DNA from: a virus
Taxonomy: Duplodnaviria; Caudoviricetes
IMG/VR virus record: IMGVR_UViG_3300046167_000798
Strand: one strand, 5' to 3'
DNA: 64,000 nt
This document shows positions 11,391 through 21,652 of this stretch, one piece after another; within the stretch, counting starts at the first letter, position 1, and every line of letters begins with the position of its first letter. A program made the position numbers and the translations under genes. The notes below the pieces were generated by a model, which was given only the letters and a program-made list of their open reading frames with translations, was not told where the DNA came from and did not search any database.

Positions 11391-12551
11391 TTATTTCTCT
11401 ATAAATTTACCAGTTACACCAAATTCATCTGTATTTTCCAAAATATAACCCAAATCAGTTTGAGTTGATTGTAAATCATCTGGATACGAACCACCAACCG
11501 AAAGTGAACCTGTTGAAAAATTAAACTCTATTTCACTATTACCATAAGAACCGGTATATGAATATTTATGATGTGGTATGAATACTCCATTTATATATAC
11601 CCTAAACCAATCATTAGTATCAAATACACCATTTAATTCTGGTGGTAATTTTGGTAATTCTACATTTGATAATTTAAATGTATCAGCATCTACAAAAGTT
11701 GCTTGTTGCGAACCACGAATTGACATAAAATCAATTATATCTGAATATTCATTGTATAATCTCTTTTCTACTGTTGAGTTTGTTACACCACCTTGATTTA
11801 ATCCTGTTAAATCAGTTTCAGTACCCCAAACTACTTTTTTAGGAGATATGGATTTCTTGTGTGTACTTTGATTATCAAATTGTTCAGGTAAAAGGTAAGC
11901 ATTTACTACCATAGTAAAGTTTGTTCTAACAATTCGTTGAGAACCTTCACTTATTTCTGTTGTATTATCAAATGAATCTATTTTTGTTCTAAATTTGAAT
12001 CCACCCTTATCTCCCCAATATTCATCTGTTGCATATTGGAAGGCTTCAACAATTTTATTCATATGTTCAGTAAAATCTGTCCAAATTATTACCTCATATG
12101 TTATACTAACATAATCAGGTATAATAATATCAAATAATTCAACTGGTTTTTGTGTTCCAGTCATTGCAGAGAACTTATCGTACTTATGTTTTTTAGAATA
12201 TCGTGATATTGATGGATATGAAACGTGCCTATTCATTGTATTTGATAGAGTATCGTTTCTTTCGATTGAGTTTCTCTTAAACATTACCAAAGGAATTTGT
12301 AATACACCCTTTTTATCTCGTAAAAATCCATCTTTTTGTACAGATTTCCATCTTTCAGGATTTCCATACACAACTGGTATCTTTTGTTTCTCTTGGAATA
12401 TCTCAACAGTAGGCAATACAGTATCAATCATATGTTCTGCGATTGCTAAATCAACATCATATAATTTTACACCCTTACCTTTTTCAATACTTTCTTTTTT
12501 GTATTGAAGAGCTCTATTTGGTTTTATATTTTTTAATGGGTCAATTGCCAT
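11391..12551 (-). CDS. T4 gp15-like tail terminator / sheath stabiliser with C-terminal extra domain
   Basis: KIPVVYGNPERW...PLVMFKR...PDYVSITYEVIIWT pattern and position after the neck genes. Confidence 0.6.
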   Translation of the reverse strand: MAIDPLKNIKPNRALQYKKESIEKGKGVKLYDVDLAIAEHMIDTVLPTVEIFQEKQKIPVVYGNPERWKSVQKDGFLRDKKGVLQIPLVMFKRNSIERNDTLSNTMNRHVSYPSISRYSKKHKYDKFSAMTGTQKPVELFDIIIPDYVSITYEVIIWTDFTEHMNKIVEAFQYATDEYWGDKGGFKFRTKIDSFDNTTEISEGSQRIVRTNFTMVVNAYLLPEQFDNQSTHKKSISPKKVVWGTETDLTGLNQGGVTNSTVEKRLYNEYSDIIDFMSIRGSQQATFVDADTFKLSNVELPKLPPELNGVFDTNDWFRVYINGVFIPHHKYSYTGSYGNSEIEFNFSTGSLSVGGSYPDDLQSTQTDLGYILENTDEFGVTGKFIEK

Positions 12552-13114
12552 TAGTGATATATCCTTTCATCTATTTGAATTTGACTTCTTCTTACCATAA
12601 ATCCAACACCAATCAATGTATTACTAGAATCTTCGAAAGTATTTGTATTTTTATCGTAAATTTGTGGCTGACCTCCAATTAATTGATTTTCTCGTATGTT
12701 ATCCATTTCATAATAGATACCATCAAACAATATTACATCACCAATCTCAGGAAAACCAACTGTTGTGTTTTGAATTGCTTCTGTTGGTATTAATGTACCA
12801 TTTACATCTCTAATTTTAGGAACTGAGTGTGATGTTTCTCGTAATCTCTGAATATTAAACCTAAATTCAACTGCTTGTTGTTTATCTGCACCGAATCCTT
12901 CGTAAACTACATTCATTGGTTCTCTATCTACAATTGCCATAAGAGTAGAAGGTGCTCTCCATACTTTACCAAGAGATTCACCATATAAATTAGTTTTAGT
13001 TTCACCCACAGATACCTTGAACAAGGTTACTGCTTGTTCTACAACATAATCAACTACCTCTTCTGAGATAGTTTTTATGAAATCCAAATCTTTTGAGTTA
13101 AAAAACTTTGGCAT
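12551..13114 (-). CDS. T4 gp14-like neck / head closure protein
   Basis: TKTNLYGES...FG...PEIGDVILF pattern; synteny between gp13-like and gp15-like genes. Confidence 0.55.
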   Translation of the reverse strand: MPKFFNSKDLDFIKTISEEVVDYVVEQAVTLFKVSVGETKTNLYGESLGKVWRAPSTLMAIVDREPMNVVYEGFGADKQQAVEFRFNIQRLRETSHSVPKIRDVNGTLIPTEAIQNTTVGFPEIGDVILFDGIYYEMDNIRENQLIGGQPQIYDKNTNTFEDSSNTLIGVGFMVRRSQIQIDERIYH

Positions 13115-13118
13115 AACG

Positions 13119-14273
13119 TTATCCTATATAAATTGCTAATGGAACTTTGTTAATGATTGTTTGTTGTTGGTCAACCATTGCAGCTTCATTTTCCATTCTT
13201 ACTTTTTTACTTACTTCATTTAAATTTTCTCTTAGTTGTTCAATAAGAGTATCTTTTTCACTTTGTGCTTCCGCTCTTAATGATGCCCCATCTAAAGAAA
13301 CCTCAGAACCTGGTATTGGAACAGTAGAATATTTTTCTCTAACTGCACCTAACATCTCTTTTGCTAAAGCAAGTGTATATTTTCTAATCCATTGTTTACC
13401 AACATCATTGATTTTAATGTATTGTGCAAAGTTGTATCCTATATTTGAGTAATCTGATACTACATTTGGAAGTACAATACTACTTGCATCTCTAACATCC
13501 TTTACTACTTGATATTCAAAGTGAAGTTTGTAGTTTGAGGTTGGTTTTGGTAAAATTGTTATTTTATTGTTTACTATATTGAATGAATGTGCAGATTTTC
13601 TCATTTGGTCATTGAATTCAATCTGTTGAATCCTTAACATATCCTCATAAATTGGCATCATTATAAATTGTGCCGCTGGTGAGAATGAACCAAATCCAAA
13701 TTCATCAACTAAGTTAAGTGTTCCTTGTCCACTTACCGAATAAGGGTCAAAGAATCTGTTAATTGCTGGAGTTGTTTCGTAATATACCTTAGTAATATCT
13801 ATTCTTTCATTACTTTCAGATACTTTACCCCATAAGATCTTGTAAATCATATTGTTGTGAACCAGTATTTATATCAATTGAACCTCTTTTAATATCTGCT
13901 CTACCACCGACATTTGCAAGATTACCATATGATTCTGCTATTGTTACTATGTTATTTAGTTCTGAACCTTGTACTGATTGTCCAGTATAATCAGAACCAG
14001 TTGGTTGTCCTTCTAACGAACCGAGATTATTTCTTATATTAAACTGATTTACTTGTGCAGAATATTCCGATACTGATTCTTCAAAAACTGCGAAGAAGTT
14101 TTCTCCTTGTAGTTCTATATCAATAATAGGATATCCTAACCTTTTTGCACACCACGATGCCTACCCTTGGTGCAATCTAATTGAAATGATGTATCATCAT
14201 CATAGATACCAAATGGTGTAGAGGAACCTGATGAAAAATCAGCTGAACCTGTCCAAATTCTTGCTTGAGACAT
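13119..14273 (-). CDS. T4 gp13-like neck protein (~383 aa, three single-base insertions)
   Basis: ATG at 14273 with AAGGAG; removing one base at each of 14174-5, 14160-1 and 13834-5 gives MSQARIWTGS...DAPRVASWCAKRLGYPIIDIEL...DLWGKVSE joined to track ORF 13119-13850. Confidence 0.65.
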
Positions 14274-14307
14274 ATTATTTTCTCCTTAACTTATACAATT
14301 ATACTAT

Positions 14308-14315
14308 TATAAATA
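14308..14315 (-). promoter_or_regulatory. Putative late promoter TATTTATA
   Basis: Intergenic, 34 nt upstream of ATG 14273 and downstream of the capsid terminator. Confidence 0.6.
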
Positions 14316-14344
14316 TAAAATATTTGAAAAGGAAGTGTATAAAC

Positions 14345-14375
14345 AAAAAAAGAGGGAACATTTCTGTTCCCTCTT
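14345..14375 (-). terminator. Rho-independent terminator after major capsid gene
   Basis: 11-bp stem AAGAGGGAACA/TGTTCCCTCTT, GAAA tetraloop, T-run on minus strand. Confidence 0.9.
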
Positions 14376-14426
14376 AATTCTATCATCACTATTGTAATGA
14401 CTTACTACTAAAATTTAATTAACCGA

Positions 14427-16011
14427 TTATAGGTTTAAATCTTTAACGTAGATTTTACCATAGAATTCAGGTCTAACCATTTTCTTAGCGTATCTTGTCA
14501 TAACTCCTCTTCTTGGAGTGAAGTTAGTCGGGTCATACACTAGAGGTGTCATGATTAATGGTACATACGGTGCATAAACAGCTCCAGTTTCAAGGAAATT
14601 ACTTCCTTTAAATCCTAACAAGATTTCGTTTGAAGTCATGTAAGGGTTTTTGTAAACTGTATATCTGTTTGCAATAGAACCAACAGTAGTTACACCAGCT
14701 GCGAAAGATGAAGCATCTTTATCAGCAGATACACTAAATCCTGGGATAGATTCTAAAATAGTACATACATCAGGAGAAGCAACTACGAAGTTAGCTCCAC
14801 CTCTTAAAGTCAATTGGTGAATCTTGTTCGATACTTTGTTAAGTTTCGCACCAAGAGTCTGGAACCAAGAGTTCTTAGTATAAGCAGCAGCGTTTCCACC
14901 AGCTATCCATGAAGAACCATCGTACTCTTCACCTAAAGTTACTGACCAGTATTCAGTAGTTAAAGCATTAGCTTTTAACATATCAAGGATTTCAAGGTCA
15001 ATCTCTAGTGAGATGTACTCTGATAACATTGAAGTTAATTCAGCTTCAGCATCGATACTGTGGTAAGCATTTAAATCTTGAGCCAATTCAGGAGTCCATA
15101 CAGCCTTAAGTTTTCTTGTCTTAGCAACGATTGCTTCAGACTTCAACTCTAGGTCTACTTCTGGAATACCGATATCACTTGCAGGTTCTTGTGGAGAACT
15201 ATCTTCGAAGTCTCCTCTGTTTGCAGCGATTGGTTGTTGTGAATACTTTTACTGAATCTAAAGTTGTTGGGTTATTAGCACCATCAGCTTTTACGAAAAA
15301 GTAAAGGTTAGATGAATCAGCGTATGAGTGTGCAGAATACTGAGCAGCAATAACTGTATCAGCAACTACGAATGAACGTACACCATCAACATCAGGTCTA
15401 GTAAGTGTTGATTTAGCAACTCCTACTTTTGCAATTTGTCCAGCAGCGATAGAAGCTGAAAGACTTGAATCAAATCCAACATCAGACCATGATGCAGATG
15501 CGAATGATGCTACTGCAGCATTTGCTTCTGTTACGTCATTTACTGAATATCCGAATCTACCATCTCCGTAAAGACCGTTTACAGCAGAATCAGTTGAACC
15601 TAGGTCATTTCCTGTACCACCAAATAGTGATTTTCCACTAAATGCTGGGTTACCTGCTTGTGCAGTACCATACTTAAAGTCTAAGTAAAAAATTAGACCA
15701 GAAGGTAAGTTCATTGGTTGAACACTAACGAATTCTTTCGATGCGATTTCACCGAAGATTCTTCTTACTAGAGGAAGGGCTACACCACTCCACTCTTCGT
15801 TACCACCACCTGTACCGGTTGCAGTAGCTTCATCAAGCAATTGTTTTGCTTGGTTTTCTAACAATACAGATACCTGTGATTGTTCTCTCTCTCCTAAACC
15901 TTCAAGAAGTCCAGTTTGTTCCCATTTTCCTTTAAGTTCTCTTGTCTCAGCAAGCATTACTTGTTGTGGGTTCTTTCCTTCCATCAATTTAGATAAATCA
16001 AAATTTGCCAT
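14427..16011 (-). CDS. gp23: Major capsid protein, T4 gp23-like (~527 aa, one frameshift)
   Basis: LLENQ, LVRR, VQPMxxPSGLIFY, AKTRKLKAxWTxELAQDL and YAPY.PL motifs. Removing one base from the T4 run at 15247-15250 fuses the two track ORFs (DSVKYSQQPIAANRGDFED...EVDLELKSEA). Confidence 0.95.
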
Positions 16012-16041
16012 TTTTATTTTTCCTTTTTTTTTGGGTTAAAA

Positions 16042-17226
16042 TTAGTTAATATTAGCAAGTTTCTTGAATCTATCAGCCATCGTATTAGTTGATTCAGCTA
16101 TTACTTCTTTCGAAGGAGCAGTTGATGCAACTGGTTTAGATGCGAATGATTCAGTAATTTTCTTACTAACTTTTTGTTTTTTTGAAGTTCCATTAATCTT
16201 AAACGATTCAGCTAAAGTGCTAAATACAAGTTTAACTTCTCTTACATTACCTGTTCTGTCTAATGTCTCAACAACTTTCATTTTTTGGTCATTGTTTAAG
16301 TCATATGAACGGAATAATTTGTTTGTATAAAGTAATTTTGCATTAAGCAAGTTTACTTCATTGATTGTAGTTTTAAGTTCCTTGATTGTACTCATTGCTT
16401 CTTTTAATTCAGCTTGAGCTTCTTCAAGTTCATTAGTTTCTTCTACAACTTCTTCAGAAACTTCTTCATCTGATTCTTCTTCTTCTCCGTATCCCATTTC
16501 TTTTAGGATTTCGTCTAAGTCGATTTCTTCATCATCAGATTCTTCTGATACTTCTTCTTCTTCAGAGTGGTCTTCATCACCTTCTTCAGAAATTTCTTCT
16601 TCTTCAGATTCTTCACCTTCATTGTGGTGTTCATCTTCGTGAGATTCGATTTCATCAGATGCGATATCAGCAACTTCTTCCTCTTCTTCATCATCAAGTT
16701 CTTCTTCAAGTTCTTTAATGATAGCTTCAAGGTCAAGTTCATCTTCTTCTTCTTCTTCTGCTACTTCTTCTTTAGATTCTTCAGAGTGAGTTTCATCAAC
16801 TTCCTCATCAGATTCTTCTTCTTCAGCAACAACTTCAGATTCTTCAGATACTTCTTCTTCAGATACTTTTTCTTCTTCAGCTTCTTCAGCAACAACTTCA
16901 GTTTCTTCAGATACTTCTTCTGTTTCTTCAGATACAGTTTCAGTTGATTCTTCAACTTCTTCTTTATCTTCTTCTTCAGTTACAGTTTCTTCGGATACTT
17001 CTTCTGTAGCTTCTTCAACTGTTTCAGTTTCTTCTACTACTTCGTTTTCTTCAATTTCTTCTGAATCTTCACCTTCTTCAATTTCTTGTTGAAGTTTCTG
17101 AGATAGAATAGATTGTAAACGAGGTGTAAAAGCTTCCTCAAGAGCTATCTTAGCATTTGCAATTGCAGTTTCTCTAACGGCTTTTGCATCAGCGATAGCT
17201 TCTTTTAACAAATTTGAGTTTGCCAT
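16042..17226 (-). CDS. gp22: Prohead core scaffold protein, gp22-like, extremely Glu-rich
   Basis: Acidic low-complexity middle, coiled-coil C-half, between protease and capsid genes; ends with RFKKLANIN. Confidence 0.8.
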   Translation of the reverse strand: MANSNLLKEAIADAKAVRETAIANAKIALEEAFTPRLQSILSQKLQQEIEEGEDSEEIEENEVVEETETVEEATEEVSEETVTEEEDKEEVEESTETVSEETEEVSEETEVVAEEAEEEKVSEEEVSEESEVVAEEEESDEEVDETHSEESKEEVAEEEEEDELDLEAIIKELEEELDDEEEEEVADIASDEIESHEDEHHNEGEESEEEEISEEGDEDHSEEEEVSEESDDEEIDLDEILKEMGYGEEEESDEEVSEEVVEETNELEEAQAELKEAMSTIKELKTTINEVNLLNAKLLYTNKLFRSYDLNNDQKMKVVETLDRTGNVREVKLVFSTLAESFKINGTSKKQKVSKKITESFASKPVASTAPSKEVIAESTNTMADRFKKLANIN

Positions 17227-17377
17227 AATAATATACCTTTCGATTATGTGTTTGTGAAAATATTAAGGGATTTTCAATGGAAAATTAATAAATCGGTTTT
17301 TCGGTCACCCTACATAAGAACTCGTGGGTATTCATAAACCTTTAAGTATGAACCTACATTCGGTAGGTTATTCAGTA
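17227..17377 (-). promoter_or_regulatory. Long structured 5' leader of scaffold-capsid operon
   Basis: 151 nt without ORF; stems AACCTAC/GTAGGTT (17351-17369), TTCATA/TATGAA (17331-17352), bulged ACCCAC/GTAGGGT (17307-17329), GAAAAT/ATTTTC (17256-17275). Confidence 0.45.
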
Positions 17378-17385
17378 TATAAATA
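17378..17385 (-). promoter_or_regulatory. Putative late promoter TATTTATA
   Basis: Intergenic, heads the scaffold-capsid leader. Confidence 0.6.
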
Positions 17386-17405
17386 TACAATCTATAACAA
17401 AAACG

Positions 17406-17711
17406 TTATTTTCTTGTATTTTTATTTTTATCTTCTTTTTTTTGATTCTTTGGTTTTTTCTTCTTTTTAGTGTAAAACCTTATTGAAGTATCACCATCAT
17501 CTATCTTACCAAGTATGGTTTCCTTCTGTTGTTCTCTAATAGCTTGTTGTTTTTGTTTTCTACGAACTGTTGTGGGTTTTGTGTAGTATCGTCTTTCTCT
17601 CAGTTCTAAAAGATGTCCTGAATCAATTGTTCTTCTTTTTAATTTTTTTAATGCTCTGTTAATATCTCCTTTGATAACTTTAACAGAAACGATTGCATTT
17701 TTTTTACTCAT
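17406..17711 (-). CDS. rpsU: Ribosomal protein bS21 homolog with basic C-terminal extension (101 aa)
   Basis: VxV..GDINRALKKLKR...G.L.ELRERRYYTKPT..RR...QAIR is the bS21 signature; ~40 extra residues ending in a Lys-rich tail. Confidence 0.88.
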   Translation of the reverse strand: MSKKNAIVSVKVIKGDINRALKKLKRRTIDSGHLLELRERRYYTKPTTVRRKQKQQAIREQQKETILGKIDDGDTSIRFYTKKKKKPKNQKKEDKNKNTRK

Positions 17712-17741
17712 TCTCCTTAATTTATGTGTAACGTTATTTTA

Positions 17742-17749
17742 TATAAGTA
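17742..17749 (-). promoter_or_regulatory. Putative late promoter TACTTATA for bS21
   Basis: Intergenic, 30 nt upstream of ATG 17711. Confidence 0.5.
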
Positions 17750-17764
17750 TATACGTTTGAAGTT

Positions 17765-18109
17765 TTAAGAACCTTTACCTGTTCCTGATTTTCTTCCTTT
17801 GGTATGTGTAGAAACATTGATAGGTTTCTTACCCTGTCCTGCAGATGATTTACCACCTCTATTAGATTTATTTTGTGCTGCTCTTTTTCTACGAGTTGCA
17901 GATTCTTTTTCTTTTTTACTCATAGTTTTGGCTTTAGCGGCAGGAACACATTTAGCATATCCTTTTTTCTTACCACTTGTACCACATGGAGGATGTTTAC
18001 CACTTTTATCTTTTTTACCGATGTTAACCCACTTGGATTTAAACCAGTTTCTCAAATCTTCATTTGTGGTTTCTTCAAATATCTCGTCTATGATATCTTG
18101 TAATCTCAT
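17765..18109 (-). CDS. Basic conserved phage protein, putative internal head protein
   Basis: Acidic N-leader MRLQDIIDEIFEETTNE, then EDLRNWF..KWVNIG...CG...YAKCVP basic domain. Confidence 0.5.
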   Translation of the reverse strand: MRLQDIIDEIFEETTNEDLRNWFKSKWVNIGKKDKSGKHPPCGTSGKKKGYAKCVPAAKAKTMSKKEKESATRRKRAAQNKSNRGGKSSAGQGKKPINVSTHTKGRKSGTGKGS

Positions 18110-19527
18110 TATTTACCTAATTGGAATAATTTTTCTTCTGCAGCTGCATTAGTTCTGTAATCGTAATGTTTTGGATTTACTCCAAAATCTTTTAGGGATT
18201 TTTCTAACCAAATTCTATACTTTCTTTTACCATACTTTTTTTCCATGGTATCAAGTACATCGTAAAATATCTTTTCAAATTTAACTTTTTTTACTAAATC
18301 TTTGATTTGTTTTTTATCTTCTACCATTGGATTATATCCTTGTGGTACACCATCATCCTTACCTTCAGCGAATTTCATTAATCCTCTTACTCTTTTTATT
18401 AATGTACCTGCAGGAATTCCATAGGTATCACTCATTACATCTTGAGTAAACTTGTTTGATAGGAAGTTAGATAATTCTTTTTTAGTTGCAATACCACTCT
18501 TAAAATCATCTCTAGCAATTCTATCTAATTCTTTAGCATCTATCTTACCTTTGAAGTATGCAGTAAGTGCATCTGCTTTGTAGTTGTATTTACCTTCGTT
18601 TACTGATTCATTTACATCATACATCTTACTGTTTCTACCAACAGATATAAGAGTTAAACCTTTATGTTTCTTACTTAACTTAGCAAATTCTTTTTGTGCT
18701 TTGTTGATATCTCCATCACCTGGTCTTTTACCACCATCTTGGTAATAAACTTTATCGTAATCTTGTTTCCTTTTATCAAACTTATCTACTATTACTAATA
18801 TTTCGTTTACTGATTCTCTTGTTAGTTTATATCCTTGTTTTGCAAGTGTTCCAACAAAATCACTTAAATCTTTTTTGTTCTTGAAGATTTTTATATCAAA
18901 GAAATCACTACCATCTTTGTGTTTCTTTTTTCCATCGTGATAAGATATTGTGTATTTTGCTTTACCAATACCATCTTGTCTTTTGAATCTTTTCTTACCT
19001 TCGTTCTTCTTACCCTTTTCCTCATATCCATTTGCGAATGCTGCTTTTCTTTGAGCATCTGATGAGAATCCTTCGTTCTTAGAAATTAATTCATCTACAT
19101 CTTTATGAACATCTTTGTAGTTGTTAAATTTTTGTTTACGAATAGCACTATAAATTGCTAATGAGTATTTTTGTGAGTTGTTGTGAATTTTACTTTTAAT
19201 AAAGTTACCAGATTTTTCAGCTGATTTAGAATCTTTCATTTCAACATCATTTACTGCAGTTGAAAATATTTTAAAAGCTTCAAAATGATTCTTCTTGTTA
19301 TAATCCATTACCATATCTTCGATAAAAGATAATGAAGATTTCATATTCTCTTTGTTTTGTTTGAAAACTTTGGTTGCCATAGGGTCACCTTTTTTCAAGA
19401 ATCGTACAAACTCTTCTTGTTTTTTCTTGACCTGACTCTTTTCATCAAAGTAATCTTTCTTTCTAAAAAGATTGAATACTTTTTCAAATTCTTTATTAGG
19501 GGATTTGAATCTTTCGTTGATTAACAT
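18109..19527 (-). CDS. Modular putative internal head protein (~472 aa)
   Basis: Likely start MLINE at 19527 (GGAGG ~9 nt upstream); modules separated by KNEG, RESVNE, NESVNE, FAEG. Confidence 0.55.
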   Translation of the reverse strand: MLINERFKSPNKEFEKVFNLFRKKDYFDEKSQVKKKQEEFVRFLKKGDPMATKVFKQNKENMKSSLSFIEDMVMDYNKKNHFEAFKIFSTAVNDVEMKDSKSAEKSGNFIKSKIHNNSQKYSLAIYSAIRKQKFNNYKDVHKDVDELISKNEGFSSDAQRKAAFANGYEEKGKKNEGKKRFKRQDGIGKAKYTISYHDGKKKHKDGSDFFDIKIFKNKKDLSDFVGTLAKQGYKLTRESVNEILVIVDKFDKRKQDYDKVYYQDGGKRPGDGDINKAQKEFAKLSKKHKGLTLISVGRNSKMYDVNESVNEGKYNYKADALTAYFKGKIDAKELDRIARDDFKSGIATKKELSNFLSNKFTQDVMSDTYGIPAGTLIKRVRGLMKFAEGKDDGVPQGYNPMVEDKKQIKDLVKKVKFEKIFYDVLDTMEKKYGKRKYRIWLEKSLKDFGVNPKHYDYRTNAAAEEKLFQLGK

Positions 19528-20478
19528 TTTTTCCATCCTCCACCAGCTGCTTTATACTTTTTCGGCTGCCCAACCATTAGCGTATGCTGATGGGTAAACA
19601 TCAAATTTTTGTTTTGCTTGAGATTTATAAGAACTCCACTTAGATGGGTTAGTAGGACAATTTTTCTCCATTAGAGTTTCAACCTTTTGACCGAACTCAT
19701 ATAATGCAGTTTCTTGTTCGTTTAAATCTTTTACTTCTTTTATTGTAGTAGTGATAGAACCATCATCGTTTCTCATTGATACTGCTACAGGTTCTTCGTT
19801 TAAAGATTCGTTACATCCTCCTTCGGTTGTTCCATTACATCCACATCCACAATCTTCTTTGGATTCTAAAATACTATCCAATTTTTTACTAACATGAATT
19901 TCTATTCCTTTAGGTTTACTTGATATAATATATTCTTTAGATGTTTCGAACATACTATACCCATTTACTTTAAATTTAGATTTCCTTATAAAAGGACCAA
20001 TTTGTTTTAATAATGAATCGGCAAAAATTTCAGAAGGAGCATCTTCATTTATTGATAATTCTTTAGATTCGTTCATTCCTAAACGTTCTTTCATTTGTTC
20101 TTCTGATATCTCACCAATCTTATAGTATCTTGAAAGGATGTGTCCCATATCTTCATATAATCCACCCATTCTTTGGTCAAGTGCCTTAGCTTCAGAAGCA
20201 ACTTTATCGAATTGTTTACCCAACTTATCCAATTCACTCATGTTTCTTTTAATCGTGTGTTTATCAAACCAATCATCACCTTCGTGAATTGCTAATGTTC
20301 TAGCTGCTTCTGTAATACCACCAAGTGTTTCTGCCACTTGAGTAATATCAGATTTTCTATCCATTGATTCTTGATATTTGTTGTAAGTAGAAACGATTTC
20401 TAAGAAGTGTTTTTTAACTTCTAAAGAAAGAGGTCTCTTTTCTTCTGATTCGTTCATTAGTTGGGTTAATTTAATCAT
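19521..20478 (-). CDS. Modular putative internal head protein ending in a SAYANGWAAxKYKAAGGGW (DUF5872-like) module; one frameshift
   Basis: Starts MIKLTQLMNESEE with AAGGAG; removing one base at the T5 run 19558-19562 restores ...WAAEKYKAAGGGWKKC-stop. Confidence 0.55.
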
Positions 20479-20488
20479 TGTACTCTCC

Positions 20489-21652
20489 TTAAAATAATTT
20501 TTTTAATTTTTTATCACCATAAACATCGGCGAAATACCATTTCTTATCTTTCATATTGTATAAATATATGTATTCTGCTCCACCACTTCTATCTGCAGTA
20601 TCTACATATTTACTAAAATCTTTCATATCACCTTTAGTTGGTTTCCCATTTTTGTAATATTCAATTTCTTTATCATCAAAGATTCCTCTTGCTCCACCCA
20701 TCTTGATTAGTTTAAGAACATCTTTATCACTTTTCATGTGATGTTTTAAACCTGGTTTCATATTTGATGGATATCCATCGTAGTGAACGTATGCAGAAAC
20801 AATCTTACCATTTCTACCAATTACACCAACTTGAGAACGAGTTCCTTCATTGATTATTGATTCTGGTAATAAATCTCTTAGATTTGTAGAGGTATTCTCT
20901 AAACTCATTTTCTTATCAAATAAATCTTTTAAATCTGCCCTTACATCAGCACTTCTAACAAAATCTGAACCAGAATCTTCAATATCATCTACAAACATTT
21001 TTGCAGTTTCTAAATCTCTTCCTTTAAGATATGGGAATATATCTGATTCTGCATAATCTCTCATTTCATCGCCATCTAAATCACCAATATTATTTTGAAC
21101 ATCATCTATCTGTGCATCAGAGTATTCATCTCTTACAGGTTCATCTTTCTTAGGTTCTTCTCCTTTAGGTTCTTCTTTTGGAGAATCTAAAGTCATTTTC
21201 TTATCAAATAAATCTTTTAAATCTTTTCTTAAATCAGCACTTCTATCAAAATCATCCCCTGCCGCATCAATATCATCTACATACATTTTTGCAAGTTCCA
21301 AATCTCTTCCTTTAAGATATGGGAATATATCTGATTCTGCATAATCTTGTATTTCATCACCAGGCATATCATCAATATTATTTTGAACATCTTCTATCTG
21401 TGCATCGGTTTGGTCATCCCTTACAGGTTCATCTTTCTTAGGTTCATCTTTCTTAGGTTTATCAAAGATGTTTACTTTAGGAGTATCTTTTTTATCATCA
21501 CCATCTTCTGAATCTTTTATTTTAGAATGAGTTCCAGCCTTTACAGCAGCATCTCTTGCATCTTTTGTTTTGAATACAGCAGTTTCTCCACTCTTTTTAG
21601 ATGTAGCAGTAAACGTTTCTTCTTCTTTTAATAAATCAGTTAATTTAATCAT
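20489..21652 (-). CDS. Modular putative internal head protein with 96-aa duplication and C-terminal GTRS...HYDGYP domain
   Basis: Starts MIKLTDLLKEEE; AAGGAG upstream; IINE-GTRSQVG...YVHYDGYP module. Confidence 0.55.
   Translation of the reverse strand: MIKLTDLLKEEETFTATSKKSGETAVFKTKDARDAAVKAGTHSKIKDSEDGDDKKDTPKVNIFDKPKKDEPKKDEPVRDDQTDAQIEDVQNNIDDMPGDEIQDYAESDIFPYLKGRDLELAKMYVDDIDAAGDDFDRSADLRKDLKDLFDKKMTLDSPKEEPKGEEPKKDEPVRDEYSDAQIDDVQNNIGDLDGDEMRDYAESDIFPYLKGRDLETAKMFVDDIEDSGSDFVRSADVRADLKDLFDKKMSLENTSTNLRDLLPESIINEGTRSQVGVIGRNGKIVSAYVHYDGYPSNMKPGLKHHMKSDKDVLKLIKMGGARGIFDDKEIEYYKNGKPTKGDMKDFSKYVDTADRSGGAEYIYLYNMKDKKWYFADVYGDKKLKKLF
20906..21470 (-). repeat. 288-nt (96 aa) tandem duplication
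   Basis: cattttcttatcaaataaatc at 20906 and 21194; YAESDIFPYLKGRDLE...DLKDLFDKKM twice. Confidence 0.92.

Noticed and set aside
14427-16011. Programmed frameshift or intron in the major capsid gene
   Set aside because: A single extra A in a 4-A run explains it, there is no inserted sequence, and the same error type recurs across the window.
671-17358. CCTACA/TGTAGG hexamer as an operator
   Set aside because: Occurs in three intergenic regions but also often inside genes (Val-Gly codons); enrichment not evident.
18109-20478. In-frame read-through fusion of 19552-20478 with 18109-19536
   Set aside because: One indel restores the GGGW module and a natural stop, and the downstream MLINE start has its own GGAGG; fusion would need two compensating errors.
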